From Octopus vulgaris (lineage: Eukaryota), in contig OX597823.1 of the NCBI GenBank assembly GCA_951406725.2, positions 79,236,001 to 79,300,000 on the forward strand: a stretch of DNA of 64,000 nucleotides, in the 5' to 3' direction. A program made the translations under genes and the position numbers. The notes beneath the pieces are model-generated. The model worked only from the letters and a program-made list of their open reading frames with translations, was not told where the DNA came from and did no database searches. Shown piece after piece: positions 25,688 to 39,539 of the stretch. How positions within the stretch are numbered: the stretch's first letter is position 1; the number at the start of each line of letters is the position of its first letter.

Positions 25688-27639
25688 ATGGCAATCGAAT
25701 AATTTGCCACATATTATATTACAGATATATATGTATGTAGATATATTTTATGTGTGAGTTATTGCGCGCACGTGTGTGTGTGTGTATTTGTACTTTTACA
25801 TGTACAAGCACTTTTCCTATATGAAATGATACCTTATGAAAATTGGCTCAGTGTTACCTGAACTTTCCAGAATTTCAAATATATTATTCAATTTCCAACA
25901 CACACAAACACACATGCATGCACGCACGCACACACAGTCACACATTCACACGCACAAACACAAACTTACATATATTATACATATACACTCATATTATACA
26001 CACACACACATATATATCGCATATAAACGGAGCTGGTCACACATGGTCATAGATACACTTTAAAGATAACATTATGTACAACATAAAATTGACATTTACT
26101 TAAAAGGCTAAACGGCAGCCTCGCGTTTGCACTTTGTGTTAACGTTAGTTCTTTTAGAAGGTATGTTATGATGATGATGATGTTGATGATGATGGTCATT
26201 ATTATATTGATGATATGAAGATAAGGTAAAGAAAAACAGCGGAGAAGGAATCACCCAAGCATTATCTTCGTGGTTGTTATTATTGCATTACTCAACATGA
26301 CCATCATTATTCTCATCATCATTATGTCTCCTGTCATCGTTAATGGTAGCGCTGTGGAATGACTAACAGCATAAAATGGTAGACTGGAAACATCGGAAGG
26401 CTATTGGAGAAAATACCTGACGCTTCTTAGTTTTGCTCATTTATTTTGTGCTTGTAATTCCCTCTGAGGTCGAATTTCTCATTTTCATTTATGTCGGTGG
26501 TCATTATAAAATACGTACACATCAAGTGCCGTGGCCGTTATAAGAAACTTATTCAAAGTACGTGACTACGCACCGATGCTAGAAATCAATCATGTTGAAT
26601 ACGACAAACGTGTTTGTGGGATTTTCTTTCTAAACAGTTCCAAATATTATAGTGGTAGAAGGATCGGTAGGACTCTGACGTATCTTTCCCCTACTTCCCT
26701 TCAACTTAACCGAGTCCGCGAGAAAAGGGAAACAGTCGGACGAATAGGTTGACATTGGAATGGAAAATAGAAAGAAAAGTTTGATAGCGAGAACGAACGG
26801 CTCGAGTACTCAAGTGTTACTCTATAGGCCTCGAAATATGGAGCGTAAACTTGCCCTTGGTGGTAGGATTTGAACACAGCACCGTGCTTTTAAACAGGAC
26901 TAACTTGAATAGCAATGCATTCTCTCCGACTTTGTAATGATTCTTTCATTTCTCTGTTTTTTTGTGTATCCGAATCGATTTTATCAACCACAGTGCGTTA
27001 TTATTACATATTTGATCAGCTGTGCATTGATGAAACGCAATGGGACATAGCTGATTACTGTTTCAGTCGAGAGCTGATTATGTACTAATCACAGATTGGC
27101 ACATGGACAGTTCATTTCTGTCATTGTCAGAGCCAGATCATCCTTGATTATAGCGAAACTATGAACAAACTGTGTTCAAGTCGTGATTATCTTGTCTTGT
27201 TTATCGTGGACACTGCTTTCTTTTCAAGCTTTCAAGCTTTATTTGAGGGAGATTTGAGTGTTAATCATAGGAGCTTCCTTCGTTGATGGTTATAAGAAAA
27301 ATACGTGAACTGGGTAGGAGTTTCATTGGACTGCTAATTTAAGAAGGAACTTTGGCTGCACTTTGGCTCAGGACTGTGGCTCAGTGTAGAAAGCAGATGG
27401 TTCAAAGGTAAGCTGGTACATCGGGTTGATTTAAACATTTGCAGCACACATTTTTACTTAGTTCAAAACATCAGCGGTGTTATTACAAGAAAAGAAAAAG
27501 TAAGATTGAAGTTCGTAGAGTTCGTGAGTGGATTAGTGATTGTAGTGTGTTGACGAGTGAAGGTTATTGGAATTTAAACGGCGTCAGGAGTTATTTGCAG
27601 CTGTTACAAAAGCTCCAATATTATACAGGAATCCAATTC

Positions 27640-28930
27640 ACCGACACCGACGACGAATATATATTAATGCAACTTGCAAAGCAGAAAGAAGTGAGCAAAT
27701 CAATGTACTTGAAAAGCATTCAAATGAGAACGAAAAACGAATATTTTGGTTGTTGAAAAACATTAAACTTACACGTCAAAAGCATACGTGTCATCATCCC
27801 ATTTTCAATGCCAGCTTTTATGCGTAACTCTGTGGGTCGTGAGAGAATGAAATTCTTTAGACTGCTTATACGAGAAATCTATTAAAATAATACACTGAAT
27901 GCAATACCTCAATTCTCTCATCGCTAGAAGAGAGGGTGATAAAGGACTGTTCAGCGCAGATAGAAAGATAAGAAAATCATTAATATCGACGTTATTTTTT
28001 CAACTCACAGGGCCTGCAACGTGTCCTTGTTGATTATTAAAAGAAAAAATGTAAAACGTAAGAAAATTCTCAATACGAGAAATTCGTGTGTATTTCGAAC
28101 AGCTAAAGTTTGAATTTAAAGATGCAGCAAAACGGATTTACTGACAGCATTTACTCAACTGTGGTGAACAACTATAAAAGTTTGACTGTAACTGGCTAAT
28201 CCATCTACTAGCTGAACACCACCTACATTAAAATATAAACTCCGGTCTGTATGCGAAATTTCAGTATGAAAGGGTTAAAGGAGAGAACAATATTTGTGAT
28301 ACAAGAGCAGACCATGATCACTGTTATATTAAAGTGAATAACCACAGCTCCTACACTATAAATAGCTAATATCACTAATACTGAGTATTTATTGAAACAA
28401 TGGACCGCTTTATAACAGGATATTTCAAGCTATCTCTAACAAATTATACATGAAAACACAATAATGTAATAAAGTTAATTGAGAGAGAAATAGTCAACAT
28501 GAATAAAATGCTTCAAGACAAAAACCGCTTGTTATACGTTTGAACCTCCAACTGTCTTAGAAAATAATAACAATACCTATACACTATGGAACATCAGCAT
28601 ACAAAGAGAGCAGAAGTTAGTGCATAATGAATCTGATATCATTCTCCAAGACAAAAATCATAATAGCAAATTAATTATTCACACAGTAATCCCAAATCAC
28701 TATAAGAAGTATAGAAGAGAGCCGAAAAACAAAGAACTTACATCGACGCAGCTGGTGAAATCATGAAGTTATCAATCCATTTGTAATTATCATAACAACA
28801 CTGCAACAATGCCATTTCTGTAAGGACATTAGTAAAGTTCCTGTATAGGACCATAAGCGCTTTTATACGCTATCGTTGTTACAGTATGAGAACACTTTAA
28901 ATAGAGTGTTGTAACACTTGTATGCACGGT
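27640..28930 (+). mobile_element. Highly degenerate R4/Dong-like retrotransposon remnant
   Basis: TLWNISIQREQKLVHNESDIILQDK..LIIHTVIP near 28580-28700 resembles the RLE endonuclease LWD..I.TD...HN.PDI motif. Boundaries are uncertain. Confidence 0.45.
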
Positions 28931-29390
28931 CTCCAGCTGATACCAAACCGTTGTAAAAAGGATTACATAAATTCTGGAGATCATTCATGCTTTCTATGTT
29001 GCAAACAATGAATAATTATGATGAAAATAACGTAACGAGGATGATGCTAATAACATTACTATTAATGGCTTCAAATTTTGAAACAAGGCCAGTAATTTTA
29101 GCGTGGGAGATGTGTGTCGTTTACATCGATTCCTGTCCTCAAAAAGTACCTGATTCATTTTATCAACCCCAAAAGAATTAACAGTTAAGTTAACCTCGAG
29201 GAAAGTTGAATTCAGGATGCAAAGACGAAATACCGGTAAGTATTTTGACAGATAACTATAAATACTGTGAAATAGTTGAGTATTGATTTATACACTCTAC
29301 TAACCAACACTCCCACCAAACCATACAGGAATACACTCATACCGTAAATACACAAAACAATGAACAAAGCCTACGATATATGTCATAGAA

Positions 29391-29621
29391 GGCGGCGGGC
29401 TGGCAGAAACGTTAGCACGCCGGGCGAAATGCGTAGCAGTATTTCGTCTGCCGCTACGTTCTGAGTTCAAATTCCGCCGAGGTCGACTTTGCCTTTCATC
29501 CTTTCGGGGTCGATTAAATAAGTACCAGTTACGCACTGGGGTCAATGTAATCGACTTAATCCGTTTGTCTGTCCTTGCTTGTCCCCTCTGTGTTTAGCCC
29601 CTTGTGGATAGTAAAGAAATA
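29391..29621 (+). mobile_element. SINE family B, full length with target-site duplication
   Basis: TSD GATATATGTCATAGAA at 29375-29390 and 29622-29637. Confidence 0.93.
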
Positions 29622-29829
29622 GATATATGTCATAGAAGGCCGATACCCAACAGAAGAACACAACCTGCGCTGTACAAACAACACACATTACAAAAACAAA
29701 TACAACAGAAGACTTAAACCAAACCCCATAACAAAACATACTGATACAATACAATATACACCACCCCACAAAAAATGTGGCACACACCACCACACCAGCA
29801 CGAAGGTGCAACAAAGGATGCAATAGAGA

Positions 29830-32800
29830 GTTGCTTGAAACTATCAGATATCAAAAAATAGTAGTGGAGATGACGTTGGGGACGAACATTACTTTATCTC
29901 AGTTTGTGAGAGACAGAAGTTTCCGAAGAAACTGATTGTAACAGCGAAAATGAAGCTGGACTTTTAAGGGAAGGCCTCTCGCTCGGCAGTGGTTCAGTAA
30001 AGATGCAGATTGACCGCAGTTGGTATCCTAATACAGTATAAGCAGATAATAGAGTAAGGACGAGGAAGTGAACCAGCGAAGAAAATAGGATAGTGATGCA
30101 GTGCCTCGTAAAAGGTGAACCTAAAAGAAGGGGCTAGAGAAAACGGATGTTAACACTTTGCGCAGAGAAAAATATGTTTAAAGGGACCGAGCAGAGATTA
30201 GTAGATCAAGCTAATGCTATAAGGAGACGAAAGTGGCTGACAGAACTGGAGGTAGAAGAGATCACAAGAGAACCGGAAAAGAAAGATCAGGCAGTGGGAA
30301 AGACAAACTACAACATAAGAGATACAAATCAAACCAAAGAAACACTTAAAGGAAAAATAACGAAGGGACAACTGGCATCAGCGACTTAAGTGATTTAAGT
30401 GAGGAAGATCAGAAGATTTTAGATGAGTCGCTGGAAGTAATGAGTAAAGAAGTAAGAAAATGATCGCCAGCATTAAAAGGCACCAACAGAAGGAAGCTGC
30501 TAGAAATAACTAGGAAAGTAGATTCTGTTATCCGTAGGAAAGATCATAAAAATATAGGAGACACTAGCTTATTGATCTATGCAGGAGGGACAGTAGTCAC
30601 TAGAAGATTAGATATCTCACAGGAAAGGATTAATAAAGAGCAAATGTGGAAAAGGTGACTACAAAATACAGTAAAGACTTTAAGAGAAGATCTGAGTAGA
30701 AAAGAAGCCTGGAAACTGAACAAGTTAGGAAACACAAGATGCAAATCTTCCCTTCAGAAAATACACTTAGCCAAAGAGAAAGGATTTGGGACAGTAATAG
30801 AAGAGTTGAAACAACGTATCATAGCAGTAGTAGGCAAGCTTTGCGGATTTCAGAAAAGAATAGATCGGTATTAACAGAATAGATTATTTGAGACAGACCA
30901 GAGGAGATTTTATAACCAAATAAATAGTGGAGAACGAAGAACTAATGATGAGAAACCTAATGCAGAAGAAGCTAGAACGTTCTGGAGTAATATTTGGGAT
31001 AAACCAGTCAATCATAACGGAGATGCAGTATGGTTAAAGAAAGTGAGGGAAGAAATAGTGAGCGAGAAGCAGCCAGATTTAAGGCTAACTAGTGCATTAA
31101 TAAGTAAAGTGTAAGGTAAATGCCGAATTAGAAGGGACCAGAACCAGATTTAGTTCAAGGGTACAGACAAAAGAAATTTAGTAGTTTACATGAGAGTCTG
31201 AGGGAACTACTTCAGGAATGCTTTAATGGAGAATTAACATCAGATTGGATGATTAGAGGGAGGACAATACTCAGTATGAAAGATAAGAGCAAGGGTTATA
31301 CAGCAAGAAGCTATAGACCAATCACTTGCTTACCATTAGTGTGAAAGTTGTTAACAGGAATGCTTTCAGAAAGCATTTACGAGCACCTTGACGACCAGAA
31401 TGTACTGCCAGAACAAAAAGGTTACAGGAAGCAGGCTAGAGGAACGCATGATCTATTATACATAAACAAAGCAGTTATAAATGAAGTAAAGACTAGAAAC
31501 GAAAATCTAACAATAGCATGGATAGATTATAGAAAAGCCTACGACATGATCCCACACTCATGGATAAGTGAATGTTTGAGTATATTCAATAGAGCAGACA
31601 ACTTAAGAGAATTGATTAGGTAGGAGTATTAGGATCTGACAGAGTACTAACTATAGAAATGAAAACGAACATTGAGAAAGAGTATATCAGAAAGGTGAGG
31701 AAGCTAATGAAGTCAAAGCTAAGTGGATCGGATCTAGTGAAGGCTGTAAATACTTGGGCAGAAACATTGCGAAGATAATCAACAGCTTTTGTTGATTGGG
31801 CAAAAACTGAATTTGCAAAGCTAAACAGAATAACTAGGAATGAATTCAATGTGAATGGAGGACTCCACCCAAGGGCAGAAGTAGCAAGTTTATACCTTCC
31901 TAGAAAAGAAGGTGAAAGAGGGTTGATATCAGTGGAAGACTGCGTGGAGTTAGCTAGAGTAGATATAGATTCCTATGTAGGTAATAATGAAGGAAGTTTA
32001 TTAGAAACTGCTAGAATCACAGCAAGACATAGGGAAATTAAGACACCAAATGAAGTTCAAAACCAGACCAAAGAACAGAAATTATCTGACTAGCAGGAGG
32101 CGTTGCATGGTAGATTCCCAAAGACAGTTTCATCAAATAGCAGTAGTGAAACATAGCTATAGTTTCAGAAAGGAAGGCTGAAAAAAAAGACACAAAGTTT
32201 GTTTGTAGCGAAACAAGATCAAGCATTAAGGACTAATTGGGTAAAAGTCAAGATAGACAGAAACCAAGTAGATTTCCAATGAAGGTTATGCAAATCAAAA
32301 GACGAAAACGTTACTCATATAGTATTGAATGTAGAATGGTGGCACAGAAACAATACAAGAAATGACATGACAGCCTAAGGAGAGTAATCCACTGGGAGTT
32401 ATGTAGAAAGCTAGGATTTGAACATACTGATAAATGGTATGAACATGAACATAATAAATTACTAGAAAGTAAGAAACACAAGATGTTGTGGGACTTTAAC
32501 ATTCAGACTGACAGAGTATTAGAAGCTAGATTTAATAGCGGTAGATAAAGACAATAGAAAATGCCAGATAATTGATTTTACAGTCCAAAATTATGAAAAA
32601 ATTAATATGAGGGGCATAGAAATAAATAGCAAAGAACCAGGGTCTAGCCATTGAATTACAACGACTGTGGGATGTGCGGATAAAAATGTATCCCTGCAGT
32701 TATAGGTACATTTGGAAAAAAATCCCTAAAGATTTGAACAGATAGATAGAGGAAATAGGCATAAAACCCAGTTGAGTACAGTTGCAGAAAACAGTGTTAT

Positions 32801-32912
32801 TAGAGACAGCTGGATACTTAGGAGGGTTCTTGGCATCTAGGGCTACTTGTTGTAGCCGGATATTAGAATTTTTTTCTTTTCCAACATTCTAATCTGTTGT
32901 ACGTATATAAAA
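29830..32912 (+). mobile_element. R4/Dong-clade non-LTR retrotransposon (RT plus restriction-like endonuclease), decayed, internal deletion near 31620
   Basis: QRLVDQANAIRRRKWLTELE, YRPITCL, EQKGYRK..GTHDLLYI, AWIDYRKAYDMIPHSWI, LYLPRKEGERGL, LWDFNIQTDR, LQKTVLL. Many stops and frameshifts. Ends at (TAA)n; the 5' boundary is approximate. Confidence 0.9.
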
Positions 32913-33856
32913 ATAATAATAATGATAATTGCAATACCTGGGCCCTCAACACTACATACATGCAAACTAATCACTACGTAACTGGACCCTCAACACAACA
33001 ATACGTGGACCCACTAGGCTGCACACTATCCAAAAGATAACCCAGCTAGGAATAGCGCACATCCTATGCAATACAGTAGAATCCAAATAAAACAATCCAC
33101 AAACACGATTCCAACAAAATAAACAACCCCCACAGCATGTACTCTACAGGGCAGATTCCCAACAGAACCCGACTCGTATTACACACACACAACGCACAAT
33201 ACAAAAACACTAACACAACAAAAAACTCTAGCCAAAACATATAAAAAACTGATGCAAAAAATACTGGAAGAGTTTGTACTCCCCCAACAACAGCAACAAC
33301 AACAACAAGAACACACCCCCAGCAATACGGAAATGTAGCAGGTAATGCAGTAGAAATTTGCCCGAATCTATCTAGTAGTAGTAGTAGTAACAGCAATCAG
33401 CAGCAGCAGAAATGTATTGAGAGCTCCTTTTCTTCATACGTCAATAGTTTAGAAAAAATAAATTTACATTCTTGCTTAAACCACGGGGGCCTTTGTTATA
33501 TTCAAATTTATTACATTTCGAATTTATACTGTGTTGTATATAAATATTGTTTAATTACGAGCTTTCAAAAGTACAAATATACGAATTGGGTTATGAATCG
33601 TGGTGATAACGTTATTCGTGCTTCTTTTATATAGATTCTAATCTGTACTATTGAGAAAGGAAAGGAATAGATACGTCTTCTCTGAGAAATGGTCAACAAG
33701 CCATGAAACGGTCCGTGGCAAACTCCCTATCCTGTTGAAAAAATGGGCTTACATTCTTATTTATCTCACAGTGAAGCTTTGTAATATTTGAATTAATTGC
33801 AGTCCATCGGATTTAAGCATGTTCTGCAAAATTATTAAATAAAATGTTATACTTCC

Positions 33857-34062
33857 ACTTGTTTCAGTCATTTGACTATGGCCATGCTGGAGTACTGCCT
33901 TTAGTCGAGCGAATCAACCCCAGGATTTATTCTTTGTAAGCCTAGTATTTATTCTATCGGTCTGTTTTGCCGAACCGCTAAGTTACGTGGACGATGTTGG
34001 AGGGGCACAAACACAGACACACAAACATACACACACACACATATACACACACACCTATAGAA

Positions 34063-34109
<47 letters not shown>

Positions 34110-34580
34110 CTGTTTACCTTCCATTATTGTACTAATGAGTATTATATTATATAAGTGTAGCATTATGAAGTTTATGTATAAGTTTTTATATTTTACATTT
34201 TTATATTTTTATATTTTTTTATTTTTATATTTATATGTATATGGTTAAATAATCTTTTTCACAATTATAACAAATTTAATTCTCTGAAGAGGCCGTGGGG
34301 CATCCTTGTTAATGCCTCATTTATACCTGCCTTTATGGCTTATAGGTTAAATGAGGTATGACTGCCCTCACTGCCGAAACAGCTGTCAGAATTGATTTAA
34401 TTACATATTATATTTGAAATTTTATACTTATATCTCTTTGTCTATTTACTCTTACTGTATATTTTTTATAATGCCTTTACTGATATGTAATGGTGTATTA
34501 AAGTATTGATTGGGTATCATCTGATAGTTGATGTTTTATTGATTTAAGTAGGTTTCTCCATTCTCTAATTTTGTAGTTAG

Positions 34581-34614
<34 letters not shown>

Positions 34615-34770
34615 GACGGGTTTCTATCAGTTTCCGTCTACCAAATCCACTCACAAGGCTTTGGTCGGCCCGAGTATATAGTAGAATACACTTGCCCAGG
34701 GTGCTACGCAGTGGGACTGAACCCGGAACCATTTGGTTGGTAAGCAAGCAACTTACCACACAGCTACCCC
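33857..34770 (-). mobile_element. SINE family A split by an insertion in its central (TA)n
   Basis: Tail half at 33857-34060 and head half at 34612-34770. Confidence 0.85.
34278..34393 (+). ncRNA. Type I hammerhead ribozyme with 85-nt stem II
   Basis: Stem I AATTCT/AGAATT; CTGAAGA (34284-34290); long rod-like stem II (GGCCGTGGGGCA/TGCCCTCACTGCC and ATGCCTCATTTA/TAAATGAGGTAT); GAA; palindromic ACAGCTGT; GUC cleavage after 34387. Confidence 0.85.
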
Positions 34771-35244
34771 AATGACTACTGACAATTCTGTAAGATTGCC
34801 GACTTAATTCGATTACTAATGCTCCTTTCTTGTTTTGGCACAAGGCCAGCAATTTTGACGGGTGACGAAGTCGAGTAACAGTGCTTCACTAGTACTCATT
34901 TTATCAACCGCGAAAGGATAAACGGCAAAGTCGAACTTAGCAGAATTTGAACCCAGAACCTAAAAGTGAATGGGATGTCGCCCGATATGTTAACGATTCT
35001 GCCTGGCTTAATACGATTACGAAAAATATTTGAATTACACAAGACCACTAAAATGACTTGCTCTAAGGATTTGGCGCTGTGAAGATCAGTTTTAATGCTT
35101 TAAAGAGAGAATCGAACCGTAACTTGCTCTCTAACTAGTGAGGGGCACTAACAGAGTGTCGCTAGAGAGCTTCAGCTATTCATACTAACTCTGTTCAAAT
35201 CCCATCGTGGCAAAATTTGCCTGTAATAATTCCGTACTGGAATT

Positions 35245-35810
35245 TTCTTCTTATTATTATTCTTCACCACTTCATCCTTCTTCTTCTTCTTCTTCTTCTT
35301 CTTCTTCTTCTTCTTCTTCTTCTTCTTCTTCTTCTTCCTTTTCTTTCTTCTCCTTCTCCTCCTCCTCCTCCTCCTCCATCTTCTTCTTTTCTTTCTTCTT
35401 CTTCTTCTTCTTCTTCCTTCTCTTTCTTCTTCTTCTTCACTTCTTCTTCTTCCTTTTCTTTCTTCTTCTTCTCCTCCTCCTCCTCCTCCTCCTTCTTCTT
35501 CTTCTTCTTCCTTCTCTTTCTTCTTCTTCTTCTTCCTTTTCTTTCTCCTCCTCCTCTTCTTCTTCTTCTTCTTCTTCTCTTTCTTCTTCTTCTTCTTCCT
35601 TTTCTTTTCCCTCCTCCTCCTCCTCCCCTCCTCCTTCTTCTTCTTCTTCTTATTCTTATTCTTATTCTTATTCTTCTTCTTCTTCCTTTTCTTTCTTCTT
35701 CTTCTCCTCCACTTCCTCCTCATCCTCCTTCTTCTTCTTCTTCTTTTTCTTCCTTCTTTTTTTCTTCTTGTTCTTCTTCTTCTTCTTCTTCTTCCTCTCC
35801 ACTTTTCTCT
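35245..35810. repeat. (CTT)n/(CCT)n polypyrimidine tract
   Basis: Direct reading. Confidence 0.97.
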
Positions 35811-36489
35811 CATATTGTACTCGAGGTTGAAAAGCTCAGTTTCGCAACATAATGAGTCGATTGTCTAGCCATGAAGCGTTTTTCACACTGTAGCTGTCCC
35901 ATGTTCGATCCTACTCTCTGTAACTTGGGGCAAAATTTTCTAGATTGACCTCAACTCCATCCAAATGTTGATAATGAAGCTGTGTAGACGGAATCTATGC
36001 AGACGCTGTTCAATCAGCACTGACCTGCGGTAAAGCAATAATAGCATCAATGCAATCTCCGGATGCATCCATTTTCTTTTGTTTATGCCATTAGCTGTAC
36101 TGGTATAACTAGGAATTGTATATCACCCCCATTCATGTGTTGAGTGAAAATAAACTAAAATTGACAAGCTGACTATATTGGATGAAACTTACAGTAAATT
36201 AGAAACAAATTGCTTGTAAAGTTATTAGAAGACCAAATCTTTCCTTGATGCTTTAGTTTTTATTTGGAACAAACATTTTGGCCAAGTGCCCGTTCTAGCT
36301 TTAACGCATGTATGGATCGTAGCTTCTTTTAGCCTTTCTCTTTAGCCTTGCGAATCCTGCAAAGAAAGCCGTAGACTCTACACTTGGTCCTTTTATTAAG
36401 CTACTAAAAACGGTCAAATTGATTTGGGTTAATCTAAACCAAAAATTGAAACTACAAAATGCATTCCAAAATTTTTAGACTTTTTACGG

Positions 36490-36880
36490 TGAGCTGGGAG
36501 AAACGTTAGCACGCCGGGCGAAATGCGTAGCCGTATTTCGTCTGCCGTTACGTTCTGAGTTCAAATTCCGTCGAGGTTGACTTTGCCTTTCATCCTTTTG
36601 GGGTCGATTAAATAAGTACTAGTTAAGCACTGGGGTCCATATAATCGACTTAATCCGTTTGTCTGTCCTTGTTTGTCCTCTCTATGTTTAGCTCCTTGTG
36701 GCTAATAAAGAAATAGGTATTTCGTCTGTCTTTACTTTCCGAGTTCAAATTCCACCGAGGTCGACTTTGCCTTTCACCCTTTCAGGGTCGATAAATTAAG
36801 TACCAGTTAAAGACTGGGGTCGAACTAATCGACTGGCCACCTCCCCCAAAATTTCGGGCCTTGTGCCTATATTAGAAAAT
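36490..36880 (+). mobile_element. SINE family B dimer
   Basis: A near-full monomer joined through AAAGAAATA|GGTATTTCGTCTG to a headless second unit. Confidence 0.88.
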
Positions 36881-37532
36881 ACTTTTTTATGGAAAGATAT
36901 CTATTAATTTCAAACTGCAAGGCCCTAAGGTCCTTCATAGTAGAAGCCTCTGTCTTCAATATACTTGTAGTGCTCCAGCATGAACTTCTTCCAAATTGAG
37001 GTTATCTGGGACCCTTGTCACAGCCTTCATAGTCTTCAAAATTACTACACTTGAGGTCCTCCTTCAGCTTTGGGGCCAATCAAAAGTCACAGAGAAGAAA
37101 CTCTTGGATGTCCAGCTCTATCAAGTATTTGGTTACCTGAATGCTTGTCACTGAGTACCCTGAGAACAAACTTGGCCCAAATTTTGCCTCAATTTTTCAT
37201 AATTCTTTGTACAGTAGCCACAGCCAATTTTCTTCCCTAGCTTTGATGTTCTGTCGTCCTCTCTCTCTCCCAAACCTTTCATCTCTTTACCATCAATGAA
37301 CTTTATGTACAATGGGAGAAGTTATTCCATATGCGGTATGGAACATTTCACAAGATTTTGTAGCATTTTGCCCAGTTAGACACGAATTTTAGTGCATAGC
37401 TGCCTCTATATCCTGATCAGCTGAAACGCTCAGTAATAGTAGGACGTGATCAAAGTGATGCTACAGCCGTCTCCTTCGATCTGGAATGAAAATAGTTGGC
37501 AGGTCAGTTTATTAGATGTATAGCTATAATAG

Positions 37533-37790
37533 TGGAGGCACGTGGCTTAGTGGTTAGAGTGTCAGCACCACAATCGTAAAATTGTTGTTTCGATTCCTGG
37601 TGCGGGTGACGCATTCTGTTCTTGAGCAAAACACTTCATTTCACGTTGCTCCAGTCCACTCAGCTGGCAAAAATGAGTAATGCTCCGATGGACTGGCGTC
37701 CCGTTCAGCTGGGGAACACATACGGCATAAAAACCGGGAAACTGGGCCCATGAGTCTGGCTAGGCTTTAAAAGGGGCGCATTTTTTATAG
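37533..37790 (+). mobile_element. tRNA-headed SINE related to family C
   Basis: GTGGCTTAGTGGTTAGAG...TTCGATTCC; TTGAGCAAAACACTTCATTTCACGTTGCTCC. Confidence 0.8.
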
Positions 37791-38390
37791 CTATGATATA
37801 CTACCACAACTATAATCTATGACAGTTATAACTGCTTCCCATAAAAAGTCTCAAAACTTCTGGAATGCACCTCGTACGTTCTTCTAATAACCTTACCAGC
37901 AATTTGTCTCTAATTTACCGTAACTTTCATCCAATACAGTCAGTTTGTCAATATTAGTTTACTTTCACTGAACACATGAACGGGTGTGATATACAATTTC
38001 CTAGTTATACCAGTGCAGCTAATGTCATAAACAAAAGAAAATGGCTGCATCCGGAGATTGCATTGAAGCTGTTATTGCTTTGCCGCAGGTCAGTGCTGAT
38101 TGAACAGGGTATGATCAAAGGTATTCCGGCCGTGGCCATCGCATCGTTTGTGTTTATTACAGATTACATTGTTTTTTTTTTTTTTTGTGTGTGTGTGTGT
38201 GTATAACGTTTTGTATTTAAGACAAACTATTGTGCGATTTGGTAAAGAAACTCGCTTTGCAATATGTGGTTTCGGGTTCGATCTCACTGGGCGTTATTCT
38301 GGGCACGTGACTTCAACTATAAATCCGGACTAACCAATGGATTGTGAATGAATTTTGCAGACGGAAATTTTGTGGAAGTTCGTTCTATGT

Positions 38391-38462
<72 letters not shown>

Positions 38463-39539
38463 ACGTGTGTTTGGGCTTATCTTCTCATCTCCTAATACTG
38501 CTTGACAACCCGTCTTGACTTCTTTTCTCCCCCTCGTAACTTAGCGATTCGGCAAAATTTACGGACAAAATAAAGTATGAGATTTAAAAGATATCAATAC
38601 TGGTGTCGATTTGTTAGATTAATATTTCAAGGCGGTGACCCCAGCATGGATGTTGTCCAATTACTGAAACGAGTAAAAGATTAGATTAAAAGATACCGCT
38701 ATCCGCAAGGATCGTATTAACGCACCTGCGTTACGTCGTGTCGTCAACTCAGCCTTTAGCAGCCTACTTACATTTACTGTACATTATTGCAACATGTAAG
38801 ATTGATCGACGAACAGAAATAAATTCCAAAATTAGGTAACTTGTTATCTTTCTGATTTATCTTCGCAATTCCCTCCCTCGTAATCTCATAAATCAATAGA
38901 ATACAAGAGAATGGTGATCTTACATCTTGCGATCGATATGCTATAAACAGCAGAACCCTATTGTCTTGAACATAAAATGATGCATTCCATAATGTAGTCT
39001 ATAATACTTTCTTTTCTCTGCACAAGGCTTGAAATTTAGTAGGTAGGTGTTAGCTGAATACATCTAATTTTCAAATTGTACTTACTTTATCAACACCAAA
39101 ATGATAGAAGACAAAGCGGAATTTGAACTCCGAACCTAAAGCGAGGAGAAATGTCGCTAAGGGTTTTGTCCAGTTCACTGCCCTACAATGTCGCCCATAA
39201 TATCGGTTTCCAAATTTGGCACAAGGCCAGTAATTTCAGGGAAGAGGAAGATCGATTACGTCTATAACAGTGCTTGTCTGCTACCTATTGATGAAAAGTT
39301 AAATCGATGAAAAGTTAAATCGATGAAAAGTTAAATCGACCTCGGTAGAATAATGTAGTCCATAATATTCTTTTCTATTCTAGGCACTAGGCCCGAAATT
39401 TTAGGGGAGGTGGCCAGTCGATTAGATCGACTCCAGTGCTCGTCTACTACTTATTTTATGGACTCCGAAATTATGAATAAGATATTAAATCGACCTCGGT
39501 AGAATAATGTAGTCCATAGTATTCTTTTTTATTCTAGGC

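Noticed and set aside
35172-35852. Long Lys/Arg/Glu- or Ser/Leu-rich ORFs
   Set aside because: Read-through of a (CTT)n tract that lacks stop codons.
36900-37500. Possible highly decayed LINE coding sequence
   Set aside because: Motifs are too weak to assign by eye.
39290-39340. Three 16-bp tandem repeats (GATGAAAAGTTAAATC)
   Set aside because: Local slippage within a SINE remnant; no spacers, so not CRISPR-like.
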